This document shows positions 19,850 to 30,873 of a stretch of DNA of 64,000 bases, in pieces. Source of the stretch: a virus. The first letter of the stretch is position 1. Each line of letters begins with the position of its first letter. The notes below the pieces were generated by a model. That model made no database searches, had not been told where the DNA came from, and worked only from the letters and a program-made list of their open reading frames with translations. The stretch spans positions 4,447-68,446 of the IMG/VR virus record IMGVR_UViG_3300037117_000143, one strand, 5' to 3'. The translations under genes and the position numbers were made by a program.

Positions 19850-22276
19850 ATTCCTGGGGTAAAACTCAATCAGTTCGGCGGGGAGCTCCCGGGCTGGGAT
19901 CCAAAGTTGCTTCCGGGAGGACAGAGTGCGCGCTCTCTTAATGCGTATCTGTTCAACGGCGCCCTTGCCGGCTGGCGCATGCCAAAACTTCTGCGCCCAC
20001 TCACCAACCCCCACGCGGCCTACGCTTACCGCATACCATCAACGGTAATAAATGCTCAAGGTGTTCAGACGTTTAATCCTAGCATTCTTGGGCCGTCGAA
20101 CTGGATTGAGTTCGCGGATCCGGATACGGATGTTGTCAGATCTCAGGTTGTCAATGATGCTTTCCAACGGTACTACACCGCGAGTCCTACCCAAGGGCCA
20201 CCCACTTACAACACACTTGCTAGAATTCAGGAGAGCCTACCGTTCTTCCAGCTTGGCATCCCAGCGCCCACCATTGCCCCTATTGTTGGCGTCTCGGGAG
20301 GAGGCTCGTCAGCAACGCTTGGCCCACAGACGTCGACCGGCGGCGTTGCCACTGTAAACGGCAATTCCGTCTATTTGATCCCGATCGTGCCGTCAGGCGC
20401 GCTCCTCCTTAACTCGATCCAATTCTTGCCAAATGGATCCAATGGCAGCGTAGAATTCGCAGCTGTAATTTACGCGGATGCGGCGACCGGCGGCAATACC
20501 GCCACGGTGCCCGGTGCGCTACTTGCTGTTGGGTCGGTTATTACCGGCGTCACTGGCTCCGCGCTGGCAACATCAACCTTCAACAATCCAGCCGCTCTGT
20601 CTGGTACTACTCCGTACTGGATTGGCATCATGGCCAATGCCAACATCGCGGTGCAAATAGGCAACAGCTTTAACGCCAGCGTGCAGTTCAACAACACGTT
20701 CTCCAACGGACCCCCCGGCTTCGCACCGGCCGTAACGACAGGGCAGCCTGATCTGGTGATGTTTGCCAACCTGACAATATCGTCTGTTGTCGAAGCGCGC
20801 ACTTACATATACACATACATATCCGCGTACGGCGAAGAGGGGCCGCCGTCCCCGCCGACACTGCTGAACGGATGGTCAAATGGCACCTGGACAGTCGCCC
20901 CCGCTCTCCCGCCGGCCAATTACTTCGGCGGAAGTGGCCTCGGCAATATCGCTATCATCCGTATTTATCGGACCGTTGTATCCAGCGCAGGGGCGGCTAC
21001 GTACTTCTTTGTGGCGGATATATCTGTCGGAAGCACAGATCCTGATGCCATTGCTGCGGTCGCTGCGGATGTTGGTGTCAACGGTATCGGTTGCCTCTCT
21101 CCCCGCAGCACCTACACCGATCAACAGCCGGACTCCACCATCGCCTTGAACTTGCAGATGCCGTCGACGAACTACTTCCCGCCGCCGGCAAACATGCAGG
21201 GTATCATTGTCATGCCAAACGGCATGTATGCTGGCTTCGTTAACAACCAAGTCTGGTTCAGCGTCCCGTATCTGCCGCATGCGTGGCCTCCGGGCTTCGT
21301 CTACACCGTGGACTTTCCAATTATCGGGTTGGGGATCACCAGCGGCGCGCTTGTCGTTGTCACGGCGTCGATCGCATGGATCTTTAGTGGAACGTCGCCG
21401 GCGGCACTGTCGCAGGTGAAGACCACTCTGCCGGCCCCCTGCACATCGCGCGGCAGCATTCTTAGCACCGACCAAGGCGTTCTGTATCACAGTCAAGTTG
21501 GCTTGATCATTGTGCCGAGCTCGCCGCCGGCAATGAACTCAACGTTGCTCTGGATAACTCAGGAGAAGTGGAACGTGCTGACGCCGCAGCTGTACACGCG
21601 CGCAATCTTGCTGGCCGGCTGCTATTTTGCTTTTGGCTCAGTGTCACCACCCAGTGTATCGCCGCAGGATACATCACAGGCTCAGGTCGGGTACACCGTG
21701 GAGCTGCAATCAGATGCCTCATCATTCACGATCTGGCCGCAGCCGGGCGGCCATCGTATCGGATTTGGTGAGTTGACAGCACCGAACGGGTTGAACGTTG
21801 TCAACGTCATGACTGATCCGTGGACCGGGATTGGTCTTATAATTCAGAACGGCGGCGTGTACCAGTTCGATTTTACCGATCCGAACTATGTCATGCAGCC
21901 CTACGACTGGACTAGTAAAATTTACCAACAAGGCAGCAAGAAAAACTTCGAAGCCGCCCGCGTGTTCTTCACAACGATCCCTTCGTCACCGAACAACGCC
22001 GCGGCAGTGGTCAACCAATCACCTAAAACCGATCCCAGTTGGCAGGCACTATCGCCGACACAGTGGGGAATATTATTAGTCTACGCGGATGTCGACGACG
22101 GTAATTCCGACGGCACCATGCAACTGGTTACAGCGCGAGAGATCACCGCGTCTGGCGGCCTGCTGCGGTTCGAGAGTGGGTTCAAAGCTGAGAATTGGCA
22201 GATAAGGATTTTGGGCAGGGTGGTCATTTCAAACATTCAATGGGCTACCAGTGTGAAGGAGCTAGCGTCAGTCTAA
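19850..22276 (+). CDS. Tail nozzle/stabilisation-type virion protein, apparent ATT start
   Basis: KLNQFGGELP, R.YIYTYIS.YGEEGPPSP, IRIYRT, PPP.NMQG...MPNG, WFS.PYLPHAWP; SD GGGGGT upstream of ATT 19850. Confidence 0.8.
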   Translation: MPGVKLNQFGGELPGWDPKLLPGGQSARSLNAYLFNGALAGWRMPKLLRPLTNPHAAYAYRIPSTVINAQGVQTFNPSILGPSNWIEFADPDTDVVRSQVVNDAFQRYYTASPTQGPPTYNTLARIQESLPFFQLGIPAPTIAPIVGVSGGGSSATLGPQTSTGGVATVNGNSVYLIPIVPSGALLLNSIQFLPNGSNGSVEFAAVIYADAATGGNTATVPGALLAVGSVITGVTGSALATSTFNNPAALSGTTPYWIGIMANANIAVQIGNSFNASVQFNNTFSNGPPGFAPAVTTGQPDLVMFANLTISSVVEARTYIYTYISAYGEEGPPSPPTLLNGWSNGTWTVAPALPPANYFGGSGLGNIAIIRIYRTVVSSAGAATYFFVADISVGSTDPDAIAAVAADVGVNGIGCLSPRSTYTDQQPDSTIALNLQMPSTNYFPPPANMQGIIVMPNGMYAGFVNNQVWFSVPYLPHAWPPGFVYTVDFPIIGLGITSGALVVVTASIAWIFSGTSPAALSQVKTTLPAPCTSRGSILSTDQGVLYHSQVGLIIVPSSPPAMNSTLLWITQEKWNVLTPQLYTRAILLAGCYFAFGSVSPPSVSPQDTSQAQVGYTVELQSDASSFTIWPQPGGHRIGFGELTAPNGLNVVNVMTDPWTGIGLIIQNGGVYQFDFTDPNYVMQPYDWTSKIYQQGSKKNFEAARVFFTTIPSSPNNAAAVVNQSPKTDPSWQALSPTQWGILLVYADVDDGNSDGTMQLVTAREITASGGLLRFESGFKAENWQIRILGRVVISNIQWATSVKELASV

Positions 22277-22635
22277 TGCCCGCATCCATTGGCCAACCAC
22301 CAATCCCAGTCCCCGACGGCAGCAACACGGTTCAGGTGCTTGCGGCCATCCGAAATGCGCTGATCGCGGCATCGAACACCGACGCCGGGCGCTCGAGCCC
22401 CGCCGGCACCGTGAACTCGAACAGCAGCGCGCCACAGCCATCCCAGTTTGTAGTGACCCAGCAGGTAATTGTGCCCGTTACGTACACGGTAGCAGGTGGC
22501 ACGGGGCCAGCGGCTTCGGTGACAGTTCCGCAGCTGAAGAGCCTAACCCTCCTCAATTCGACCACCAACGAGACATGGACCTGGGCTGCACCGGGCAAAA
22601 TGTTCAACGGTGGTACGATCGGAGCGGCTCTCTAA
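22276..22635 (+). CDS. Virion protein (hypothetical)
   Basis: TAATG-coupled to the tail gene. Confidence 0.65.
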   Translation: MPASIGQPPIPVPDGSNTVQVLAAIRNALIAASNTDAGRSSPAGTVNSNSSAPQPSQFVVTQQVIVPVTYTVAGGTGPAASVTVPQLKSLTLLNSTTNETWTWAAPGKMFNGGTIGAAL

Positions 22636-22637
22636 CC

Positions 22638-22670
22638 CTAACGGGTTATTAACCTGAAGGGGGTAAACCT
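22638..22670 (+). promoter_or_regulatory. CtrA-box-like late promoter upstream of internal virion protein genes
   Basis: CTAA-cgggtta-TTAA-N11-TAAACC. Confidence 0.55.
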
Positions 22671-22698
22671 AGAGGCAAAGCCTCTGGGAATATTTTCG

Positions 22699-23829
22699 AT
22701 GACAGTAACATACACTCCATTTAATACCGGTCAGACCTCTGGCTCGAGCGGCTCAACTACAACTAGTAGTTCGTCTCCGGTTGATACCCTTGACGCCCAG
22801 CTGTCACGAATGATCAGTCAACTCGCTACAGAATACGGCACGCAAGTTTTCAACTGGGCCAATAGCACGCTGGCTCCGAACCAGGCAGTGACGAACGACG
22901 TCGTCGGCAACTACATGCAGGCAGCGCAGAGCGGCTTAAGCCTGGCAAATGAAACTCAACAGCAATATACTGACATCGGCGCACCCGCCCTTGCAGCCTT
23001 AAACGACTCTGCAGGATCCTACTCAAGCAAGGCGCGCCAGCAAGTGATGGCTGGGCAGGCCGAAGCCGGCTCCATGCAAGGCTCTCAGGCCGGCATATCG
23101 TCCGCTGAGCAACAGTTGCAGGGATTCGGTATAAATCCGAACAGTGGCGTCTACCAGGAGCTCGAGGATAGCAACAAGGCCGCAGCGGGGGCCAGCGCGG
23201 CCGCGGCCGGCACAACCGCAGCCCTAAATACGCAGGCGGCGGGGCGCGGTTTGCAGCAGCAGGCTGTGACCGCGGACCAGCAACTTCCCGGACAAGCAGT
23301 CAACGCACTCGGCGCTGCATCTTCGGCGTCGGGCGGCGCATCAAGTGCTGCGTTGTCCAATACAGCCACCGCTGCCGGAGCGATGGACGCAGCAAATCCA
23401 TTTCTATCGACCGCGCAGAATCTTTCTACTGAGGGCACGGGTACTAATTCTACATCAAGTTCGCACTCGTCCAATACAGGCACTACAACCGCGCCACTCC
23501 TCTCCCCATCAACAATTACCACCAATTATGGTGTAGCGGCTGGTGGCGCGATCCCGGATAGCGCTACAACTGGTGGGTTTGTCAGCCACAAGCTTAGCCC
23601 GAGTGGTGGAGCAAATACAGATGATATCCCGGCCCGGTTGAACGCTGATGAGTTTGTCATGCCGAAGGACGTGGCCCACTGGTACGGTCAGAAGACGTTC
23701 CAAGATATGATCTTGAAGGCTCGTAAGGCGATGGGTGACCATGCCCAAGCGCCGGCGAAACCTTCTATGGGCCCTCCGCAGCCGGCGCATGCTGCGAGCG
23801 GTGGCGCCATCCCGACTGGGAGCTGGTAA
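22699..23829 (+). CDS. Internal virion (ejection) protein
   Basis: Ala/Gln/Ser-rich; GINPNSG; DDIPARLNADEFVMP.DV..WYG motif. Confidence 0.7.
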   Translation: MTVTYTPFNTGQTSGSSGSTTTSSSSPVDTLDAQLSRMISQLATEYGTQVFNWANSTLAPNQAVTNDVVGNYMQAAQSGLSLANETQQQYTDIGAPALAALNDSAGSYSSKARQQVMAGQAEAGSMQGSQAGISSAEQQLQGFGINPNSGVYQELEDSNKAAAGASAAAAGTTAALNTQAAGRGLQQQAVTADQQLPGQAVNALGAASSASGGASSAALSNTATAAGAMDAANPFLSTAQNLSTEGTGTNSTSSSHSSNTGTTTAPLLSPSTITTNYGVAAGGAIPDSATTGGFVSHKLSPSGGANTDDIPARLNADEFVMPKDVAHWYGQKTFQDMILKARKAMGDHAQAPAKPSMGPPQPAHAASGGAIPTGSW

Positions 23830-24920
23830 TGGCGAAGAATACAGGGCGACGGATCGCTCATTTTGCTGCCGGCGGCGATGCCATCAACGCGACCGCGCAG
23901 GGGCTGCCCGCGCCTACGCCCGGCGGCGGCTACACGCCCGGCCCGGAAACGAATCCCGCTGGATCTTGGGGTGCCAGTGCGGAGAGTGGTGGTATCTCAG
24001 GGGATACAAACGTGTCACCTGTGGGCACGCCGGATCTGTCACAGTTCAACCAGCCTGGAGATTATGTAGCACCACAAGCGGCGCTCCCGGCCGCGGCCGC
24101 AAACGTGGCAGCAGCACCAGTAGCCGCTCCATACACTGGCCCCGGCGCCGCCACTATACAGGGTTCCATGCCTGGCGGATATGGCACCCCAGGCGAAGTT
24201 AGCGGTCTTGGCGGCCCCAATTGGTTGGAAGAAGGTGGCAGCGTGCAAAGTATGAAGCGAGGCGGTAAAGTGCGACAACCGAAACCAAACGGCAAGCCTG
24301 GCAGCAGCCAGCCGACCACCGATCCGAACGCACAGCCGCAGGGGCGGCCGGCGACGCCGCTTCGCGCCCCCTTGCCGAATACAGACACCACCCCGTACAG
24401 CAATCCCATGGGCGGAGATACTCCCCAGCCCGCGGGCCAGGGATTTAGCGCGCAGCCTCTAGCACCATCTGGCCAAGCAATTCCGGCCGGCCCTCCAGTG
24501 TTCGATGGTGGCGGTGCTGCACCGGAACAACAGCAACAAGATCCTATGGCCTCTGTGAAGAGTGCGTTGAGCGCGGCGCGCACGCAATTCGGTTTGAGCG
24601 ATGGAATATTTGACAACATGAAAATGGCAGGGGGCGCTACTCCGCAAACGCCATCACAACAAAACCCCACCCAACAGGGGGGCGGTGGATTTCCAGATCC
24701 CGATGTAAACGAACAAACAAAAGGAACACTTGGCCGCTTGAAGAAGTTGCCCGGTCTTGAAAATGAAATTAACTCGGGGCCGCCAAATCAGGGGGCCACG
24801 CCACAAACGCCCACGCCACAAACACCAACTCCACAGGCAGCAGGGGGCGGAGCAATCCCAGAAGCTTGGTCTACAAAGGTGCCACTGATGGGCGATCGGG
24901 CGAAAAGGAAGAAAAAGTAA
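23829..24920 (+). CDS. Pro/Gly-rich internal virion protein
   Basis: Coupled by TAATG; multiple xxxGG motifs. Confidence 0.6.
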   Translation: MAKNTGRRIAHFAAGGDAINATAQGLPAPTPGGGYTPGPETNPAGSWGASAESGGISGDTNVSPVGTPDLSQFNQPGDYVAPQAALPAAAANVAAAPVAAPYTGPGAATIQGSMPGGYGTPGEVSGLGGPNWLEEGGSVQSMKRGGKVRQPKPNGKPGSSQPTTDPNAQPQGRPATPLRAPLPNTDTTPYSNPMGGDTPQPAGQGFSAQPLAPSGQAIPAGPPVFDGGGAAPEQQQQDPMASVKSALSAARTQFGLSDGIFDNMKMAGGATPQTPSQQNPTQQGGGGFPDPDVNEQTKGTLGRLKKLPGLENEINSGPPNQGATPQTPTPQTPTPQAAGGGAIPEAWSTKVPLMGDRAKRKKK

Positions 24921-26698
24921 TGCGCGGAGCAATTCCAGAGTTCGACGAAGGTGGCGCAGCGCCTCCCCCCGATACCACTACGCCCGACCTGGACGGCGGT
25001 GGGTTTGGTGGTGGTGACACGACGCCGCAGCCGCCCGCGCCTAATGCCCAGCCGCCATGGGGCCAGTCGCTTGGCAGTGACGTCGGCAAGGTAGGGTCCG
25101 CGATCAGTGGAGCTATTCCAGAGGGCGGTATGGAACCCAACAGTGGCGCTATCGGATCTGATACCGGCGACGCAATGTCTCAGAAAGTGCAGGGGCTCAA
25201 AGATTACATTTCCGGCAAGGGGGCAATGCCAAAGGATCAATTCGAGGCGATGAACAAAGCAGTGGATCCTCGTGGTACAATGGATCAGAATGAGCGCAGC
25301 ATGCGCATGCTTGACGCAAGCGCCGGCGACCCCACCCAGTCCGCAGCCGTTGTGCAGGCGTTGCGCCAGCACTGGGATGTTCAGCGCGGCAACGCGGCAA
25401 AGTTGCTCACCGAGGGCAATGCCACAATGGCGGCTTCGGAAATGAGCAAGGGGTTTCAGTATGTTCCTGACGGCACCAAGACCATGGTCACGCCGAACAA
25501 GGACGGTTTCACTTTTACAACTCACACGATGGACGGCCAGGACACTACAAACTACATGGACGCAAACCAGACCAAGCAATTCCTCACTGGTTCACATGGT
25601 CTGTTTGATCATGTTGTTGGCCAAGGCGCCGGTACTGTTCTCAGCTCATTGAGCCCGCCTGCTCCATCTGGTGGCCCAAGCCCCGAAGCTGGTGGCCCGC
25701 CCACGGATAGTTTTGCCGATACGCAGGTGGGGGACGTCGCTAAAAAGCCGAAGCCTGGGTATCCAGATGAAAATCCGGCTACCCGAGATACCAGCACCCC
25801 TGCCTACGATAAGCGTGCAGATGATCCAAACGCGCTGTACGGTCAAAACGTACCCGGCTCTAAACAGAAAGCGACGCCAGGTAATGACCCCGCATATACC
25901 GAGTGGCACAAAGCGCAGGCTGATCGCACTAAGGCTCTTGCTTCAAACAGCGGTGGTGATACGGCACCGTGGCAACGTAAACCAACCTTCACCAACCCCG
26001 ATGACAAGACCGACGACGAGATCAATAGCCCGATCACTGTCGTACGGGGGAGCAGTGCGAAAGGCCGTAGTCTAGAAGGCAACGCGACAGCGCCTAGCGG
26101 GGCCAGCGACGATCTTAAATCGTTGGCGCGCCAGATGCACCCTAACGATGCGCAGAAGCAAGCGGAGTTCTACGAGCAACAGCGCTCGATCGCGCAGGAG
26201 CAAAAAAGCAAGTTTGATGTTGCCGGGAATACACGATACGGCGCTGCTACAGTGGCCGCCGCAGGACGTTCGGCTGACGCGCAGACGCGCGCGGGAGCTA
26301 CTGTTCAATCGGCAATAATCAAAGCGCAATCTATCGCCGACGGCACCGATAAACGGTTTGAAGGCGAGCAAGGCCGCGATGCCGCAAATATTCTCAAACA
26401 GATGATGCATGATAATCCAGGATCGCCAATTGGCGACCAAATAGCCGCGCTTCGTAAAGGCAACATCAACGAGAAACTCATTGCACATCTGGTCAATCCG
26501 ACCCCGGGACAGGCACGGCCGCAAGGGCAAGGGCGCAGGCTGGGTGCCACACCCCAACAGCCCACGCAGCAGCAGCAGCAGCAATACCCGCAACCGCCTC
26601 CCGAGGCGCTCCAGATGCTCCAGGATCACCCGGAGACCGCTGACCACTTTGATGCTATTTTCGGACCCGGGGCGTCGCAGCGACAATCGGGGCAGTAA
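24920..26698 (+). CDS. Internal virion protein
   Basis: Coupled by TAATG; C-terminal P.....FDAIFGPGAS. Confidence 0.65.
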   Translation: MRGAIPEFDEGGAAPPPDTTTPDLDGGGFGGGDTTPQPPAPNAQPPWGQSLGSDVGKVGSAISGAIPEGGMEPNSGAIGSDTGDAMSQKVQGLKDYISGKGAMPKDQFEAMNKAVDPRGTMDQNERSMRMLDASAGDPTQSAAVVQALRQHWDVQRGNAAKLLTEGNATMAASEMSKGFQYVPDGTKTMVTPNKDGFTFTTHTMDGQDTTNYMDANQTKQFLTGSHGLFDHVVGQGAGTVLSSLSPPAPSGGPSPEAGGPPTDSFADTQVGDVAKKPKPGYPDENPATRDTSTPAYDKRADDPNALYGQNVPGSKQKATPGNDPAYTEWHKAQADRTKALASNSGGDTAPWQRKPTFTNPDDKTDDEINSPITVVRGSSAKGRSLEGNATAPSGASDDLKSLARQMHPNDAQKQAEFYEQQRSIAQEQKSKFDVAGNTRYGAATVAAAGRSADAQTRAGATVQSAIIKAQSIADGTDKRFEGEQGRDAANILKQMMHDNPGSPIGDQIAALRKGNINEKLIAHLVNPTPGQARPQGQGRRLGATPQQPTQQQQQQYPQPPPEALQMLQDHPETADHFDAIFGPGASQRQSGQ

Positions 26699-29600
26699 AT
26701 GGCTGACCCAGACATTAATCCGTACGCCCAGTTCGCCCAAGACCAACAGCAATCGGACCAGCCCGCGCCGGATGAAAACCCATATGCTAAATTTGCCCAG
26801 CAACCGGATCAGCCCGCTCCGGACGAGAACCCTTACGCCAAATTCGCCCAACAGCCCCAGCAAGACCAAAGCAATCAACGGACATGGCCTGAGGAGATCA
26901 GTCGTGACGTCCGCGGCTTCGCGCGCGGCTTAATACCCGCTGCAGGAGCGGGCGTTGGCATAGTTGCCGGCGGCATCGCGGCCGGTCTCCCCGGAGCTAT
27001 AGCCGGCGGTATTGGCGGCGGCTTCGCTGCTGATGCGGTTCAGAACAAGCTGACCGACGCCCTGGGCATCGATAGCGAGGCATCGCGACAGGCCGACGCG
27101 GCCAACCCCAATGTTGGGTCCATAGCGTCCGAACTGGCCCCGATGGCAGCGTCTTTCAACGTTCCTGGCCTAGGCGTCAAACTGGCCACCCGGCTCACTA
27201 ACGCTGCGGCTATGGGCGGCCTCGATATCGCCCAACAGGCGCTCACGAAGGGGACGTCCAATATCGACCCCACAGAGGCCCTTGCGTCGGCCGGGGCGGG
27301 CGCTGTGCTGGGTGCACCGCGCGCCGGTATCCAGAAGGCCGGCGAGGCCGTTGGAGCCCGTGTAGGGGCTGCGCTGGGCCGCAGCCCGGCCGTTACACCC
27401 GGCAGCGAAGGCACCGCGGCCGAGCATGCCCCGGCTAACGATGCCAAGACAGCCCCGGCCGGCGAACAGACCGGCGACGGCTTTGCCGCGGTGCCGGACA
27501 CGAACGAATATCTCAAGAACGATAATCCGGCCTCAGAGGCAGGTGTTCCCGGTGCCGAGACTACGCCGTTGAACGTGGGGAAAGGATCCCCAATGGACGA
27601 TCCGGCTGTTCAAGCGGCCATGAAGCCTCCCCAGCAGGGGATGGACGTCAACCCCGAGGCGCAGTTATACGGCGGCCAACCGCCGGCGACACCGGACGTC
27701 AATCCTGAGGCGGAGCTCTACGGTGGCCAGAAGCCGCCGCCTCCTGAGACGCAGCCGCGCGCGCCCGCGGGCCAGCCTGAATACCAGCCCAATTACGAAG
27801 CGGAACTCTACGGTGGCCAGCCGAGAGGCGAGCCCCCCACGGAGCAACCCACGCGCCCCCCTGCGGCCCAAGCGGCGATCGAGCGGCGTAATCCAGACAA
27901 CCAGATGTTGGGCGACCAGGTAGAGCGTCGTGGTGGCCCAACGCCGAAGGCGGCCAAGGGTAACCTTGACGAACCGCTGACGCCCGAGGAGCTCGCATCA
28001 CCGGCAGGGGAGCCAGGACGCCCCGCAGTGAAGGCAGAACCTCCTGAAGCAACCCAAGCGGCGATCGGAGGCCGTACACCCGAAACGCCGGCGCAACGGC
28101 AGAAGCTCATCGACGATATCTTCCCCGGGGAAGCGCCGGCGCCGGACACGGCCGGCCTCGAGACGCCGCCAAAGGATCTATCCCTCCCGGACGACGGATC
28201 CATTCCGGACTTCCTCAAGCGCCCTGCCCCGCAGTCGTTGTCTGGCGCTGCAACGGAAAACCCGACCTTTGCCGCTGCGGAGGTAGCCAAACAGAAAAGC
28301 AAGATCGGGGAAGCGATCGGTAATTTTGCACCGGTGAAATGGTTCTGGACTGCGTTCACGCCAGAAGGCCTTACGGAAAATACGGGCAAGTTTGAAAATA
28401 TTGTCCGTGAGGGCCAGGGCACGATCAATCAAGCGCGCCTGACGTCTGATCGCAATATGAACGAGTTGACTACGGCGATCAACAGTACGACCCCCGAAGC
28501 GCGGGATGAATTTGCACGGACATTTCAGACTGGCGTGCCCAAAGACAACCCCCTCGCCCGGCTGTCCTCCAGCGCACTGGACACGCAGAACGATTACGCC
28601 GTTCGAATTGGAAAAGTTGATCCTGACGGCAATTGGCAAAACGGAATGCTCCCCGCGATGTTTGCAGATAAACAAGGGGCAAAAGATTTCGCTACACAGT
28701 GGCAAGAGGACGAACGCCACGGCGTACCAACCATCGGCGATTTTCTCAATGCCGGTATAAAGCCTAGCCCGAACTGGCTACGCCAGGACGGCAGCATTGA
28801 CCCGGTTCGCATGATGCAGAACCTGCACACCGCCCAAGACAAGTTCCTCGAAGGAAAATTCATCGCCAACAAGGCTACGGATGAAGGCATTATTTTTCCG
28901 CACAACGTACCTGGCACCGTGCCACTCGAAGGGCTTACACGTGGCGGCGCGCCGCTCTACGCCGAGCCCGAAGTGGCGACGATGTGGAACCGATACTTCG
29001 GCCCGAACGCGGTCGACCCGACCGAAAAGAGTTTCTACAACACCGCGCAAAAAGTGAAGAACTTCACTACCGCATGGCAGCTGGTGGGTGGCGGCTATCA
29101 TATGGTCGCAGAAACCACGGAGGCCATAACGGGCGACGTGATGAAAGCAATTTCGCAGGCGGCGGCCGGGCGCTTTGGCGACGCCGGCATGAAGCTAAAA
29201 GGCGCTCTTGTAGCCCCCTACCGGCAGGCGACTAAGAGCGCCAGTGATGCCTTGGAGGCATACTATGATCCAAAGAATGCCGGACCCGCTAGGGCGGCTA
29301 TCGACTACCTGGTCAAAGGCGGCCTCACCCCTGAGCGTGTCGCACGCTACACGCCGGACATCAACAGCGCTGCGCACGGGTTCTTCACCGGCTGGAATGT
29401 TGAGATGCCGCAGGGACTCAAAGGGCTGGGCGTCGACAAACTTGGAATGTCAGAGCTGGCCGCGCAAGCACAAAAAGGCCCAGCGGGTGCAGCCAAGAGC
29501 ATGTACCAGTTGCTGGGAAAATCCATGCAGTCGGTCATGGAGCCGATGTTCAACACCTATATTCCACGTCTGAAACTTGGAGCGTCACTCGAGCAAATGC

Positions 29601-30442
29601 AGGACTACATTGCCGCCAACCCTAACAAATCCCCGGATGAATATCAGACAATGGCCAAACGCATTCTGAAGTCGACGGATGACCGGCTCGGGGAAATGAA
29701 CCAGTCTACATTGTTCTGGAACAACAACCTGAAGAAGGCGGCCAATCTACTGATGATCTCGCCGGGCTGGGAAACTGGCACGCTGCGCACGGCCATCGGT
29801 GGTGGAAAATCGTTTGCCACTAACCCCGGACGGCTTTCAATTCAACATCCAGACTTCCAGCCGAACGCGGCGTTCCCGTTCGCTTTCGCGATCACGACTG
29901 CAACGGTGGGGTCAATTTATCAGTTTCTCAAAACTGGCGAGATGCCGAAAGACGCCAAGGATCCGTTCTTCCCGAGAACAGGTGGCACCGCGGCGAACTC
30001 TTCTCAGCCCGAGCGTGCGATCATGCCCGGCTACCTCAAGGATGTTTATTCAATGTGGCACGCTCTCACGGGATCAGAGGGCATGACCAAAAATGCGTCC
30101 TCGATGCTCTACAACAAACTTGCCATGGTGCCCCGTACAACCTGGGATACGATGGCCGATAAGGACTGGGCAGGGAAACAGATCTACAATCCATCCGACC
30201 CCCTCCACGAAAAGATGCGGCAGTATCTTGGTTACGTGCAGGAGAACATGATGCCGATCCTCGCGCAACAGGTCACGAAGGGGCAGAAGGGCACCAACAT
30301 CAGCAAGCCGGAAGCGGCTGTTGGCATTCGGCATGCACCGGGGCCCGTTCAGGACCCACAGAAATCGGAGACGGGTATAGCCAAAGCCAATAAAAGGGCG
30401 CAGGATGAGTCCAAGAAGTTCCACCAGAAAATTGGCTTCTAA
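26699..30442 (+). CDS. Large internal virion / DNA-ejection protein
   Basis: 1247 aa; N-terminal NPYA[QK]FAQ repeats x3, LYGGQ repeats x3; last large structural gene. Confidence 0.7.
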   Translation: MADPDINPYAQFAQDQQQSDQPAPDENPYAKFAQQPDQPAPDENPYAKFAQQPQQDQSNQRTWPEEISRDVRGFARGLIPAAGAGVGIVAGGIAAGLPGAIAGGIGGGFAADAVQNKLTDALGIDSEASRQADAANPNVGSIASELAPMAASFNVPGLGVKLATRLTNAAAMGGLDIAQQALTKGTSNIDPTEALASAGAGAVLGAPRAGIQKAGEAVGARVGAALGRSPAVTPGSEGTAAEHAPANDAKTAPAGEQTGDGFAAVPDTNEYLKNDNPASEAGVPGAETTPLNVGKGSPMDDPAVQAAMKPPQQGMDVNPEAQLYGGQPPATPDVNPEAELYGGQKPPPPETQPRAPAGQPEYQPNYEAELYGGQPRGEPPTEQPTRPPAAQAAIERRNPDNQMLGDQVERRGGPTPKAAKGNLDEPLTPEELASPAGEPGRPAVKAEPPEATQAAIGGRTPETPAQRQKLIDDIFPGEAPAPDTAGLETPPKDLSLPDDGSIPDFLKRPAPQSLSGAATENPTFAAAEVAKQKSKIGEAIGNFAPVKWFWTAFTPEGLTENTGKFENIVREGQGTINQARLTSDRNMNELTTAINSTTPEARDEFARTFQTGVPKDNPLARLSSSALDTQNDYAVRIGKVDPDGNWQNGMLPAMFADKQGAKDFATQWQEDERHGVPTIGDFLNAGIKPSPNWLRQDGSIDPVRMMQNLHTAQDKFLEGKFIANKATDEGIIFPHNVPGTVPLEGLTRGGAPLYAEPEVATMWNRYFGPNAVDPTEKSFYNTAQKVKNFTTAWQLVGGGYHMVAETTEAITGDVMKAISQAAAGRFGDAGMKLKGALVAPYRQATKSASDALEAYYDPKNAGPARAAIDYLVKGGLTPERVARYTPDINSAAHGFFTGWNVEMPQGLKGLGVDKLGMSELAAQAQKGPAGAAKSMYQLLGKSMQSVMEPMFNTYIPRLKLGASLEQMQDYIAANPNKSPDEYQTMAKRILKSTDDRLGEMNQSTLFWNNNLKKAANLLMISPGWETGTLRTAIGGGKSFATNPGRLSIQHPDFQPNAAFPFAFAITTATVGSIYQFLKTGEMPKDAKDPFFPRTGGTAANSSQPERAIMPGYLKDVYSMWHALTGSEGMTKNASSMLYNKLAMVPRTTWDTMADKDWAGKQIYNPSDPLHEKMRQYLGYVQENMMPILAQQVTKGQKGTNISKPEAAVGIRHAPGPVQDPQKSETGIAKANKRAQDESKKFHQKIGF

Positions 30443-30470
30443 CGCATCCTTAACCCTTGCCAGATAGGCT
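30439..30470 (+). promoter_or_regulatory. CtrA-box-like promoter
   Basis: CTAA-cgcatcc-TTAA-N11-TAGGCT. Confidence 0.55.
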
Positions 30471-30477
30471 GCCTCAT

Positions 30478-30873
30478 ATGCCGTATAAATCAAAGGCCCA
30501 GGCCGCCTATTTCAATATTCACAAGGGCGAGCTCGAGAAACAGGGCGTGAGCGTAAACGAGTGGAACTCGGCCAGCAAGGGGACGAAAATGCCACAATAT
30601 GCAAAGGGTTCCGCACCGTCCGAGGCTTCTTACGCCAAGGGTGGCACCGTTCTAGGTCGCAGCAAGGACTGGGCGAAGAAAGACCCCCAGGGGCGCGGAG
30701 AATTCGGCAAGTTCCTCGGCACTGAAGACGAATTTAGAGACCCGGGTGAGGGTGACGCCCGCGCCGACGAGGACCAGAAGTACGGCAAGACCGGCGACGG
30801 TGCCGGCAAGGGCACGATCAAGCCGCCCAAAGCGACCGACAAGAGTTTAAAGCCGATCAAACCACGGAGCTAA
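30478..30873 (+). CDS. Basic phage protein (MP[YF]KSKAQ type)
   Basis: MPYKSKAQAAYF...EW...SKG..MP; YAKGG motif. Confidence 0.75.
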   Translation: MPYKSKAQAAYFNIHKGELEKQGVSVNEWNSASKGTKMPQYAKGSAPSEASYAKGGTVLGRSKDWAKKDPQGRGEFGKFLGTEDEFRDPGEGDARADEDQKYGKTGDGAGKGTIKPPKATDKSLKPIKPRS

